Shown: piece after piece, positions 38,801 to 49,771 of the stretch
Numbering within the stretch: the stretch's first letter is position 1
How the letters are laid out: the number at the start of each line of letters is the position of its first letter
Assembly (NCBI GenBank): GCA_025603075.1
Contig: MU626261.1
Coordinates: 1 to 64,000 of the forward strand
Reading direction: 5' to 3'
DNA: 64,000 nt
DNA from: Neoconidiobolus thromboides FSU 785
Lineage: Eukaryota; Fungi; Entomophthoromycota
Program-made: the position numbers and the translations under genes
The notes under the pieces: model-generated
The model's input: the letters and a program-made list of their open reading frames with translations, nothing else
Told to the model about the DNA's origin: nothing
The model's database searches: none

Positions 38801-40216
38801 TAACTGCATTCTTTTTCTCAGTCAATTCAGCTTCTTTCTCACCATGTTTTTTAGCTTCCTCTTCAATTTGTTTTAAACAATCTTGTACGTCTTCTAACTC
38901 TATTTTTCTTTGGTTGATTTTGTTGTGAACTAAATCTACTCTTTTCTTTTCCTCCTCTTCTTTAGCAATCAAGGCCTTTTCTTTCTTTATATAATGTCAA
39001 TAAAACAGCAGTAAATGTACCTAAATTGACTTACCTTTTCAAACTCAACAACCTGTGACCAAGCCATTTCCTTCTTCAATTCTTTAATACCATAATGAAG
39101 TTCATGGGCTTTTTCTAAACTTCTATATTTGGCTTCAGCTTGTAAGAAGTCTTCCTTGATGCTTGGTAATTCCTAAAATATTAAATTTATTATTTGTTTA
39201 GTTATGTATTATGTAATGTTTCTACTTCCACTTTTTCTTTAATGATTTTTTCTGTAGTTCTGGTAGCATCTGTAATCATTAAAAGATCCTCTGCCAACTG
39301 GCTTAAATTTGTTCCTTTTAAAAACATCTGGTGATAATTAAATATTAAATAACTGAATATGAAGCAAAGTAAAATGAAAAACCTTATATTTATCGTTTGA
39401 AGTAGTATTTCCAATAAACTTTTTAGCATTTTCTTGAGACAAAATAATGATAGGATTATCAGCTTGAATTTTCAAATGATCGCATATGGCACTGAGTTCT
39501 TCCTTCTTATTGCTGACTAATTTATCTTGACTATTTTTTATTTTGTAGACGCTACCAACGCCTTCTCTACTTATTCTCCTTTCGACTATTATTCTATCCC
39601 CATATATTTCTGATTTATAAGCTCCAGAGCCATTATTTGATATGACTACAGTTATTAAGGCAGTACTTAAAAAATATTAATTTAAAACAAAGTGTTAGTG
39701 AATAAGTTACTTTTGTCCTTCTTTAATCAAAGTTCTTAAATTAGTTGCCCTTTGGGTAAAGCCAACTCTTGAACCAAGACATATAATTAAAGCAGTCAAA
39801 ATAGCGCTTTTTCCACCTAAAGCATTATTATTATTATTATTATTATTATTTGACCATTATCAGTGAGTTGCATTACTTCCATTACTGCCAGTTATAAAAT
39901 TGACATTGGGCCCAAGTTTTACTTGGTAATGTTCGTGACACATAAAGTTGTTCAACGTAATAGATAGTATCTTTCCTGGACGTTCCTCGCCTATTTCATT
40001 GCCTCTGCTTCTTTTTTTGTCCTATTGAAAGTGAATTAATATATACATTCATTACAATGTCAAATTGTCTTTAATTTATAAAGTAACTTTTTACTTATAA
40101 ATAGCTAATTTATTAAGAAATGCACAATTGATTACATTTGTAGTAGGCACCTTTTGGACTTCTTCACTTTCGATGGAGCCTTGACTTTCATCATCAGATA
40201 ATACTCTTTTTTTCAT
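35801..40216 (-). CDS. SMC6: Structural maintenance of chromosomes protein 6, many exons
   Basis: ITLNNFMCH, Walker A NFITGSNGSGKSAILTAL, LSQENAKKF, hinge PIGPIGRYV, signature LSGGEKSYSTICLLLSFWEAIECP, Walker B CLDEFDVFMD, LITPQ; coiled-coil exons in between. Confidence 0.93.
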
Positions 40217-41539
40217 TCAAATAAAATTAAAAAAGCAATAACCCTAATTTGCCAATTTTAACTTTTGATCATATAGGGGATATTTTTTGCTCCGATTACA
40301 TTACTTAAATTCGACATTATAAGTAATTCTAGGCAATAATTGATTATCACGCTTTTTGCTGCTATAATCTCTAAGTGACTTTTAATGGCACGATAACAGC
40401 CAAACAATATGTTTGAAATTGATACAAAGAAAACTACAGATTGGTTTGGTAGAAGCTCAAATCTTATAAAATGAGATTTGTCACGTCTCCAGTTTCAAAA
40501 CATTTTCAATTTAGATTATGACAACATTCATTTTACTGATAACGTAAAATCATCTTCAGAAACCTAAAGAGGCAATCCACCACAATTAAAAAGCGTTAAG
40601 ATGCTATAGATCTTGAAGGGGTAAATATATCAAGTAATCTATCTAAAAAATTCCACCATGTTAATTCTATTGATGCCTTTGTGCTTGATATTTTTATCAA
40701 ATTTAAATAGCTATGATGAGGGCAAGAGCTTTATAGGCTTTACTATAGAGTGGAACTTCAAGTAAATTATAAAAACTAATATAACTTCTTGTGCTTTATT
40801 ATATTAAACTATCGAAAGTTAAATTATTGCTTCATAGCCATAGTATAGATATAGTTTAATTTGAACAATCATTTTAGAAAAACTAGATGCAATAATGGTA
40901 GGTAAACAATAATGGCAATGTTAAATAACATCGTTGACAATGATTTTTGGATGATAAAGCATTTGTGTTCAAATATTTATGTTTTTCATTATATTCAGAT
41001 TTTGCTAAAAGTTTTACAAATCCATTTTATTAAAAGATTGAATGGAAGTGCGAAGATAGTTATGGATCCGAAAATGAAAAATATTGTATACATACACATG
41101 AAATGAGATGCCTTTTTACTTCATTAAGCTCTTGAATAGATAACTGAGAAAAAAGCTTTTCACTCTTATTATGCTTCATAAATTATAAAATCTAGAATAT
41201 GAACTGTTAAATCTGATAAAGAAAAGGAATGTAAAACCAGACAAACAAAGAGAAAAAAACAAGAGAGAAATAAAGTGGAAAAGGCATGTAAGAATGAAAG
41301 TAAAGCTGATGTTGTTTTCTTATCAAAGGATCAAATGAGATTAAAGTTTTGTACCAGTCTTATTTCATGACATTAACATCAAAATACAATTTATTAGATT
41401 TATAAAAATAAAGATGTTTTATATGCCATTAATCAAAATAATCATATACTCATTTATAACAATGTAACTTAAACACAGTCGAAATCATATTACCTCAATA
41501 AATGTTTTTTACTATAGTTTTAAATCTAAATTAAGCAAG

Positions 41540-41640
41540 TGGGGATGTATTTTTGTATTTAAGAATCTTACTAACAAATTTTCCGCTTAAATAGCACTTA
41601 AAGAATGGAAAAAATAATGAAGTCAAAAAAGACACTCCCA
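41540..41640 (+). mobile_element. MITE-like copy, ~860 bp upstream of the trypsin gene
   Basis: TGGGGATGTATTTTTG...AAAAAAGACACTCCCA. Confidence 0.8.
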
Positions 41641-42500
41641 AGTATTGTTTTGTAGGTTAAATAGTTTTTTAAGCATTCTATTTAGTAACTTATAATACAA
41701 CCTTATTGTATAACTCTTAAATGTAAAAAATGGAATAATAAAAGTCATACCATTCCTCCTTTTTTCTTAAGGCTTTTAGTATAAAATCAATCTTATATTT
41801 AATCATAACTATTTAAAAATATATTAAAAATAAAATCAATTTTTAAGCATTTTTAATGTTATTTTATTAAAATATCTATAGCTATCGTTTAATAATTATA
41901 AATCAACTTTAATTAAAATAGTAGTTCAAATTAAATTACATATCAAGTATACTTTTTCATATAAAAATACATACAAATTACCTATTCTTTCATATTACTT
42001 ATCTAAAACTAGTTTCATTTACTTTAAAATGAACATTTAAATCATTAATGGAAATTGCTATTTTATTAAATTTCAATCAAATCTTTTAAATTTAACTTTT
42101 GATTCCAGCTTTATACGAATGACACCTATCCCTTAAGCCATTAGAATTCTTACATAAATAATTTAATAAATTAAAATCCGAGGGTTCTATTTTAAACCAA
42201 AAATAGTTTGACTTGTTATATGTATAGCAGTAAAATGAGTAATTAGTAAACAGGTGATAGTGGCATCTGATTTACTAAAATTAGATTCAGTAAAAGTTAA
42301 GATCACTCATTAAAAATAAATCTTGGTATTTAACAAGCTAACTTAAGTCCATTGAAGAAAACCTTAGTAATGACTTATAACATGAGCCTATCACTAGTCC
42401 AAAAATAATGTTTTTATCCTCTTGATATAGTTTTATTTCCACTATATAAATACTCTAATTAAATAGCTGTAAAAACATAGTTTTTTTAAAGAGTACAAAA

Positions 42501-43283
42501 ATGCTTACCAAACCCATCATTACCCTTACCACTTTTTTTAATTTTATCTATTCAGCCTCACAGATTCAAGATGATCGTATAGTTGGTGGCGTTGAAGTAA
42601 GCCCAAAATTTAAATATCCATGGTTAGTATCGTTACAAGTGAAAGGTGTCCACGACTGCGGTGGTATTATCCTTAACAGGGACACTGTATTAACTGCTGG
42701 TCACTGTTCTGAACTTCCGGCGTCTTCATATACTGTTAATGTGCATCGACACAATCTTAAACAATCCTCTAGCTCTGAAGGTGGACAATCTATTTTTGTT
42801 TCTAAAATCATCAATCACCCAAATTTTGATTCCTTTAATGCTACCAATGATATTTCTATTTGGAAGCTTGCTATCCCTGCTTCAGTTGGCATTGGTAGTA
42901 TTGATTTAGATGATGGTACTTATGGTGAACAAACAGGTCTTAAAGTATTAGCTGCTGGTTGGGGTGTCACCAAAGCTAATGGCCCCGGTTCCCCTGTATT
43001 AAGAGAAGTTAGAATTCCGATTTTTGACAAGAAGGCATGTGCTAGTTATTGGGCCAATAATGGTTATGATATTAATGTTGATTCACAAGTGTGTGCTGGC
43101 GCTGAAGGTGGTAAAGATGCATGTAATGGTGATTCGGGAGGCCCTCTTTTCATTATTGGTGCTAATGGACATCCAATTTTAATTGGAACTACTTCTTTTG
43201 GGGAACCCTGTGCTCATAAAGGGATACCTACTGTATGGACCCGTGTCTCTGCCTTCAGATCCTTTATTTTGCAGAATTCTTAG
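42501..43283 (+). CDS. Secreted trypsin-like serine protease (S1A), intronless
   Basis: Signal peptide, short propeptide DDR|IVGG, triad LTAGHC / NDIS / GDSGGP, Asp189-equivalent in GKDACNGDSG (trypsin specificity). Confidence 0.96.
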   Translation: MLTKPIITLTTFFNFIYSASQIQDDRIVGGVEVSPKFKYPWLVSLQVKGVHDCGGIILNRDTVLTAGHCSELPASSYTVNVHRHNLKQSSSSEGGQSIFVSKIINHPNFDSFNATNDISIWKLAIPASVGIGSIDLDDGTYGEQTGLKVLAAGWGVTKANGPGSPVLREVRIPIFDKKACASYWANNGYDINVDSQVCAGAEGGKDACNGDSGGPLFIIGANGHPILIGTTSFGEPCAHKGIPTVWTRVSAFRSFILQNS

Positions 43284-43812
43284 TCCAAATAAAAATTAAT
43301 TCAATGTGTTATTTATTCAATAGCTTATTACGTTCATTAACAATATTTGAAAAGCTAAATTCTTATTATTAAATAATGATTAGAAGTTCAAGATTGTACT
43401 TTAATAGATAAAATTTATTTAAGATGCTTTAGATAAGTATAAGGAAGTAGTATAAAATGCTTTGATCTATAAAATTTTAAATTAACCCACCATATATAAA
43501 AAATAAGTTTCAAAAGTAATAATAGGAACATACACGTCTTTTGTAATGTCTTTAAAAAACATTGATTTACGTCTTTTATTTAAATTAGTAAACACTTATT
43601 CAAAGATGCAAAGTAAATTATTAAAATAATAAAACTAATTTTTTTCTAATTATAAACAATGAAAAACATACTTTTTATAAGTATTTTAACATACATATTT
43701 ACACATTCTAACAAAGATTTGGTTTAATGTAGCTATAATTATAATAGATTAGGTTAATTTATTCTACAAAATACAATATATGAAATAACATAAATCACCA
43801 AATAATTCATTT

Positions 43813-44706
43813 TTAATAAAATAATATCCAAGGTATCAAAATACAATTGAAATAAATAATTGACTTTAACTTGGAACTGAATGCATTTGATGAGACCATA
43901 AATTTAGGATCTAAATTAGTTGGATCAAAAATAAATAATTGAGTAGCAGCCGCTATTAAATCCTTGCAATCATCAGAAACACTAGTATAGTCCAAGCCAT
44001 CTTGATGAATGAACAATCGATATTGACCTGAATTTAATGTAAACGTACGATTCTCCCTTTCATTATAAGCTCCGATATCCCAATTATAAGTACCGTTAAT
44101 TTTAGTCAACTTATCTGCTATTGGTATAACAGATATTCCATCCGTTCGTTTTTCTAACAATATATTCAATTTGAATGATTGTTTAGGTGGTGGGTCAATT
44201 GTCCATTTGATTGTTATACTACCATCAATTGGTGCTAATACCATTTTAGCTAAACTAGATTGTAATGGAGCAATAAAAAATATCCTCGATTGGGTACAAT
44301 TTTTTGTACTTGAATTATTATCTTTATTAGATGTGTTTTTATCATTATTATTACTATTGCTTTTATCTGTTGTACTAGATTGTGTACTACTCTTATCTGT
44401 TGTACTAGACTGTATAGTACTCTTATCTGTTGCAATAGACGTTGTGCTACTTTTATTGGTTTTACTAGATTGTGTATCACTCTCATCTCTTGTATTGCTT
44501 TTATTTGTGTTACTATCATCACTACTATCATTATCTTCCTTACTCCTTAAAAAGAACCTTGTTATGTGATTAGTAATAGGAAAATGAAAAGGTAATGCCG
44601 GTTTTTTATCATTAAATTGTAATATTCCTTTAATGTTTTTAAACGAAGATAAAAAGTTGATTGTTATTATATTGGTAATGAGTAATAAATAAATAAAGAA
44701 TTTCAT
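43813..44706 (-). CDS. Secreted, probably GPI-anchored Ser/Thr-rich cell-surface protein
   Basis: Hydrophobic N-terminus, S/T/D/K-rich repeats, beta-rich Ig-like-looking segment (ITIKWT...YNWDIG...GQYRLFI), SSNA small-residue site followed by a hydrophobic C-terminal tail. Confidence 0.7.
   Translation of the reverse strand: MKFFIYLLLITNIITINFLSSFKNIKGILQFNDKKPALPFHFPITNHITRFFLRSKEDNDSSDDSNTNKSNTRDESDTQSSKTNKSSTTSIATDKSTIQSSTTDKSSTQSSTTDKSNSNNNDKNTSNKDNNSSTKNCTQSRIFFIAPLQSSLAKMVLAPIDGSITIKWTIDPPPKQSFKLNILLEKRTDGISVIPIADKLTKINGTYNWDIGAYNERENRTFTLNSGQYRLFIHQDGLDYTSVSDDCKDLIAAATQLFIFDPTNLDPKFMVSSNAFSSKLKSIIYFNCILIPWILFY
44360..44479. repeat. 30-bp coding tandem repeat (~4 units) encoding (S/T)TTDKSS/TxQS repeats
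   Basis: CTTTTATCTGTTGTACTAGATTGTGTACTA-like units in tandem. Confidence 0.8.
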
Positions 44707-45149
44707 ATTTTTTTACAGAAAAGAAAAAATTCAGTTTGAGTTTATTTGTTTTCTATTTTCTATACGGAGAATTACTGTTTGTCCGTTTTTTAAGTATTCA
44801 AGGATTTAGTCTCCCTTATTTTTTTAAATTTTAATTAGAGTGAAATGAACTTAAAATTTTAAACCTTGGTTTGATTAAATGTAAAAATATTTAAATTTAA
44901 AGCTTCAAATACAATTATCATTATTTTTTTAAAATAATGTAAATAAAATTAAAACATTTTTTATAGCTATGATTACTTAATTTTGATTCCATTAAGTAAC
45001 TTTAATACTCTATTTAAAGCTTAGTTAGATCATATAAAGAAAGAAACATTTAAATAATCAATTGTTTATAACTTATCGAATTTGAAATTGAATAATTAAA
45101 ATGAAGTTATTTTATATAATATATTGAGCTCAATTAACAAAAATACCCA

Positions 45150-45935
45150 TAATAAATTTAAAAACATAAATAAAAGATCTCGTATTTAGATTCATTAATT
45201 TGAAGTATTTTTATTAATTTAATTATTCTTTAAAATAGATATTAAACTCATCATTATTGTATTAAATTTCAAATGGGACCGAATATCTGAAGATATGAAA
45301 CCAAGCAAAACCATAGCAACTGACTTTAGCCGAAGATCATGGCACTATAACTGCTATTATAACCCGTCACTATTTAAGTCAAAATGACAAAGATAATACT
45401 AATATCCATCCGAACTACATCAAAAATACTTCAAATGCTTTCTTTAGCATTATTTCTTGTTTGAGTAGTTTAAACCTAAAAGGTAGTAAAATAACTGTTG
45501 GTGATCATTCTGCTAGTATTGATCTAGGTGCTTTATTTGCATTAGATGCTAGCCAGTATACTAATAATGACAGCGTTAAGTCATTGAGCCAAATCAAAGG
45601 GGTGACTTCGGCTGGTGGGATCTTCAATATAGACTTATTAGCTAAATAAGATAATTCATACATTTATCAATTTATTAAACCTACCTTTGGTACTAATGAG
45701 TTAGGTATATGTAAAACGCATACTCAAAATACAATGCTACTTCTAACTCATTGAACAAGATCAGGTATCCTTCACTACCAAATCATTTATTGAATAGTAC
45801 TACTGAGGATACCTTTATTAGCTCTCAGCAAACAATTCAATCTGCTGAGTATTTGTATGATATTGAATTAAATTAGGTTGATATTACCAAAGGCAAACTT
45901 GGTGAACATGCCAGATTCTTACTTGTCCTAAAGTA
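45150..45935 (+). pseudogene. Degenerate alpha/beta-hydrolase copy 3
   Basis: ISEDMKPSKTIA, KITVGDHSAS (GxSxG remnant), SAGGIFNIDLLAK*DNSYIYQFIKPTFGTNE, STTED, KLGEHA; frameshifts and stops. Confidence 0.7.
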
Positions 45936-46132
45936 CAAAATAATATTATTAAATTTGTTTTAAATGAAATAATATTGAGATAGAATTTGGGTGTTATCAT
46001 TCTTTAATTTCATGTTTTATTTTTGTTATTCTATATTATCAAATGAATTTTATAAAAAGTTATATTAATTTAGAATATTTAGCTATACTAGATATAGAAT
46101 AAGCTAAAATTTTAATTATGATAGTTACAATT

Positions 46133-46234
46133 TGGGGATATATTTTTGTATTTAAGAATTTTACTAATAATTTTTCCATTCAAATAGTGTTTAAAAGATG
46201 GAAAAAGTACTGAAGCCAAAAAAAACACTCCCAT
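46133..46234 (+). mobile_element. MITE-like copy
   Basis: TGGGGATATATTTTTG...AAAAAAACACTCCCAT. Confidence 0.8.
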
Positions 46235-47455
46235 TTAGTAAAATATTAAATTGTTTTCAAAAATTCTTATTCAAACTTATTTTTTACTCAGTATTTTTTA
46301 TTTTAAAATCATTTATATCAAAAGTAAATGACATTATCTAAAAAACATTTATGTATTTTATTAAAAACTTACCAGTTTTTTATATTCAAATTACTTTATA
46401 AAATCTTTTATATATAAATTTAAAACATTTAAGAATATTAATAAGCATTTATTAATACTTTTTCAAAAAGAATTATAGCTTTTGTATTATCTACGTATTA
46501 TATATGTCAAACAATATACTATTATAAAACTTAAAATAATATTAAAGTGTTTAGAAATTGATTTTATTTTTAATTGAATTTTAAATAACTATGATCAAAT
46601 GTAGGTATGGTTTTGTACTATAAGTTTTGATGAAAAAAAGGAATGATACACATCACAACATAGCATTTGAGCTGAATCATTCAACTACAAGTAGTACTAA
46701 AAGTAATAGACCACTTATATTTACCTGATAAAAATTTAAAGACTAGAGTTTATTCGAGGGTACTAACAGTTAAATTTATAATAATTTTTAACCTATTTCT
46801 AAAACTATATTGATTGTAATTTAAGACTGCAACAACGAAATCAATTAAATTTATTCTTGAGTTAAAAAATCCTAACCAAATTAAGTCTCAAGAGTAACAA
46901 TTGATGAAAGTTGAAGAATAAACCCAGTCTATTTATTATCAAGTTGTTATCTATGTTTCAGGCATTTTCATTTAAATTTGTCATTATTTTTTTTATCTGT
47001 GTATAAAGGTTATATGTAATTGTATGATTTTAGATTCAGGTAAAAAAATTAACGACAAATTTAAATGGAAATAGTTGAAATAAAGAACGACATATTAGCA
47101 TGTTCTTTTTATACTGCTAATTTGTCTCAATTAATTTGATAGTTTTATAAAGTAAATGTTATTATCCTACTATGAATTCGCTAACCAGATTGCAACCTTT
47201 CATTTATGAAACCATTGAACTTTATGAGATAATTTACCAGTTCAAATATACTTACCTAATATTCGGTTTAAAAAATTCAATGGGTTTAAATTTGCATAAA
47301 AAACTATAATTTAATCCACCAATAAAAGTAGATCAATTCCCACCCCACCTAAATTTTGCCATGAATAAGGGGAAGTTAGTAATAAACATTTAATGAAAAG
47401 CTTTAATCATTCTTATTTACATGAAAACTATACTAGTTTGATTTAATATAATATA

Positions 47456-48244
47456 ATGGCAACACGTTTACAAGAAAATGGTATTAAAGAAGAAGAGTTT
47501 TCCATGGAACAAATAGGTGAATTACCTCCACCATTACCTATTCATTTAAAACAAGATACTCCACCAAAGGATAAGCTTAAATCCGTTTTACAAAATAAAC
47601 GATTAAGTACCAATCGGATCATAAGAAATAGTATCCTATTTCAAGATGGCAAATTATTTAAAGTACCAAGGGATTATTCTACCCCAGATGTACCTAAATT
47701 TGAAATGCAATTTCCTCCTATGTTAGCACAAAAAGTAAGCTTATTTTTTTAACTCTATTGGAATTATAATTCATTTATTTATTTTAATTTATTAGATACC
47801 ACCAGAAACATTTTATAATACCATAGATACTATCAATAGAATAATAAGCCAAGGGCATGGCGAAAAATTAAAAGATATTTTCACTTTCTTTTTAGATATC
47901 GCTTCTTGTTATACTTATACTCAATGTTGTAAAAATGATTTATATAAGGTAAAGCGATATAGTTATTCGATTTTTTTAATACCAGTATTTAAATGAAAAT
48001 GATTTGATTAGGCTGCTGAACAAGTGAGTAAATTTATTGAACAACAAAATATGGATGTTTATTACCCTATAGGCTGGTGCCTAAGAGATCCTACTAAAAG
48101 TGGCTTTTTATATGTAAGTTGTATCTAGTTTGGTTTTATATTTTTAAAGTATTAACCTGCTTTTAGCTTGAAATTTATGAGCTAGATAAAAGGCTGTTTA
48201 AAAGGAATTCCATTGTACCTTCGACTAGTTTGATGCGACTTTAA
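47456..48244 (+). CDS. Golgin A7/Erf4-domain protein (palmitoyltransferase accessory subunit-like), 4 exons
   Basis: VPRDYSTPDVPKFEMQFPPMLAQK-IPPETFYNTIDTINRII...FIEQQNMDVYYPIGWCLRDPTKSGFLY-LEI, matching the Erf4/GOLGA7 pattern. Confidence 0.75.
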
Positions 48245-48750
48245 TTTTACTATTCATTTAATTCTTCATTTCCTTTTTTGTTTATTTATAAATATTAGTA
48301 ACCTTTTTCTACATGCTTTTTATTGGTTTTCAAGTGAATTGTAATGTTAAATTTTCCTGTTTTAATTATTAAATGTTGTTATTAGTTGTTTTTATAATTA
48401 ACATATAGCTTAAAAGTTATATAAAATGCTATAAAGGATACTTGGGTTCTAAAAAATATCTTTAATACTCTTATGATTTTACTAAAGTAACATTGGTATA
48501 AGAAAAGTATAAAGTATTAAATGTAACGAATTGAGCATAATCAAGGATACTTTTAATTTGAATATCTTCAGTATACGAATTTATAGAAAAAATCCATTGT
48601 GTTATTAGAGAGCACTTATAGAGTTAATTTTCAAGTCTAATATGATATTATAATATTAATGACAATAAAATCAAAATAGTTATAAAATGCTTGAGAAAAT
48701 ATTTTTTAAATATAAAAGTGTTATGATAAACTAATATCAAGGTTTGTGTT

Positions 48751-48846
48751 GAGGGTGTTTTTTTGGCTTCAACACTTATCATTTTTTAAGCGCTATTGAG
48801 CGGGAAATATGTTAGTAAATTCCCTAAAAAGAGACATCTCCCCCTA
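48751..48846 (-). mobile_element. MITE-like copy, left flank of tRNA-Asn
   Basis: Reverse-complement family match, GAGGGTGTTTTTTTGGCTTC...GACATCTCCCCC. Confidence 0.75.
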
Positions 48847-48888
48847 TTTTAGGTAAAATAAAAGATTATCCACCAGGCTCATGATTTA

Positions 48889-48962
48889 CGCTCATAACTG
48901 GGATCGAACCAGTAACCTCCCGATTAACAGTCGGACGCGCTAGCCAATTGCGCCATACGAGC
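48889..48962 (-). tRNA. tRNA-Asn (GTT), intronless, 74 nt
   Basis: GCTCGTA/TATGAGC acceptor stem, TGGCGCAATTGG A-box, anticodon arm TCCGA-CTGTTAA-TCGGG, GGTTCGATCC B-box. Confidence 0.95.
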
Positions 48963-49008
48963 GCTCAAATTTTTCTTATTTTTCACAAGAGTTAAAAAAC
49001 ATAGCACC

Positions 49009-49098
49009 ATGTATTTTTTGGTTAAATTTTACTAATTCTCTTTCCACTGAAATAGCGCTCAAAAAATGGAAAAAGTGATGAAGCCAAAAAAGCACCCT
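49009..49098 (+). mobile_element. MITE-like copy (5' end degenerate), right flank of tRNA-Asn
   Basis: Interior AAATTTTACTAAT...AAATAGCGCTCAAAAAATGGAAAAAGTGATGAAGCCAAAAAAGCACCC. Confidence 0.72.
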
Positions 49099-49771
49099 TA
49101 ATATAAAGCTTAATATTAGTTTATAATAAAATAATGATAATAATTTGTTGCACTTTTTTGCCATTTTCTACTGTTTGATGATTATTCACCCTTAATTTAT
49201 ATATTGAGGCATTAAGATATTTAATTTTAATTTTGATTTTAATTTTAATTCAATCAACTTATCCTCAAAGATATTATAATTCTTTGATCAATTTTTGAAA
49301 CACTTTTTATTGAATTGGACTAATTACGAATTGTGTATATCACACAAAATTAAATATATCGTAAAATACGAAGCGATAAAGCAGATGTATTAGATTGGAT
49401 TTTCATCTTTAAATGAATTTATCTACGATATATAAGCTTTTCTGGACTATTAAATAATTTTAATTTTAATAAACTATATTTTAGTCATGACGCATCCGCC
49501 AACAAATTAGTTTTTTAAAGAATAAAATCCAGTCACACCAACTAGATAATGAGGTAAGTTTAGCCAGAACACTAAAATGAGGCGGAAGGAAAATAAGAAC
49601 CAATAAAAAAAGCAACTACCATGCTATAGTATGCAACCATTGGCTATTTAACAGAAATTAAGCGATTTATTTTTGGATAGTTACAAAAAGTATGATGATG
49701 AGTTTTAATATATGATAAATAAAAATTTTAAATATAGCTAATTTGTTTTTCTGCTAAATATTTGAAGGAAA

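Noticed and set aside
40400-41400. Possibly decayed coding DNA upstream of SMC6 (similar patches at ~31200-31700, ~55600-56100, ~59750-60060)
   Set aside because: Many stops and no recognisable motifs; needs TBLASTX
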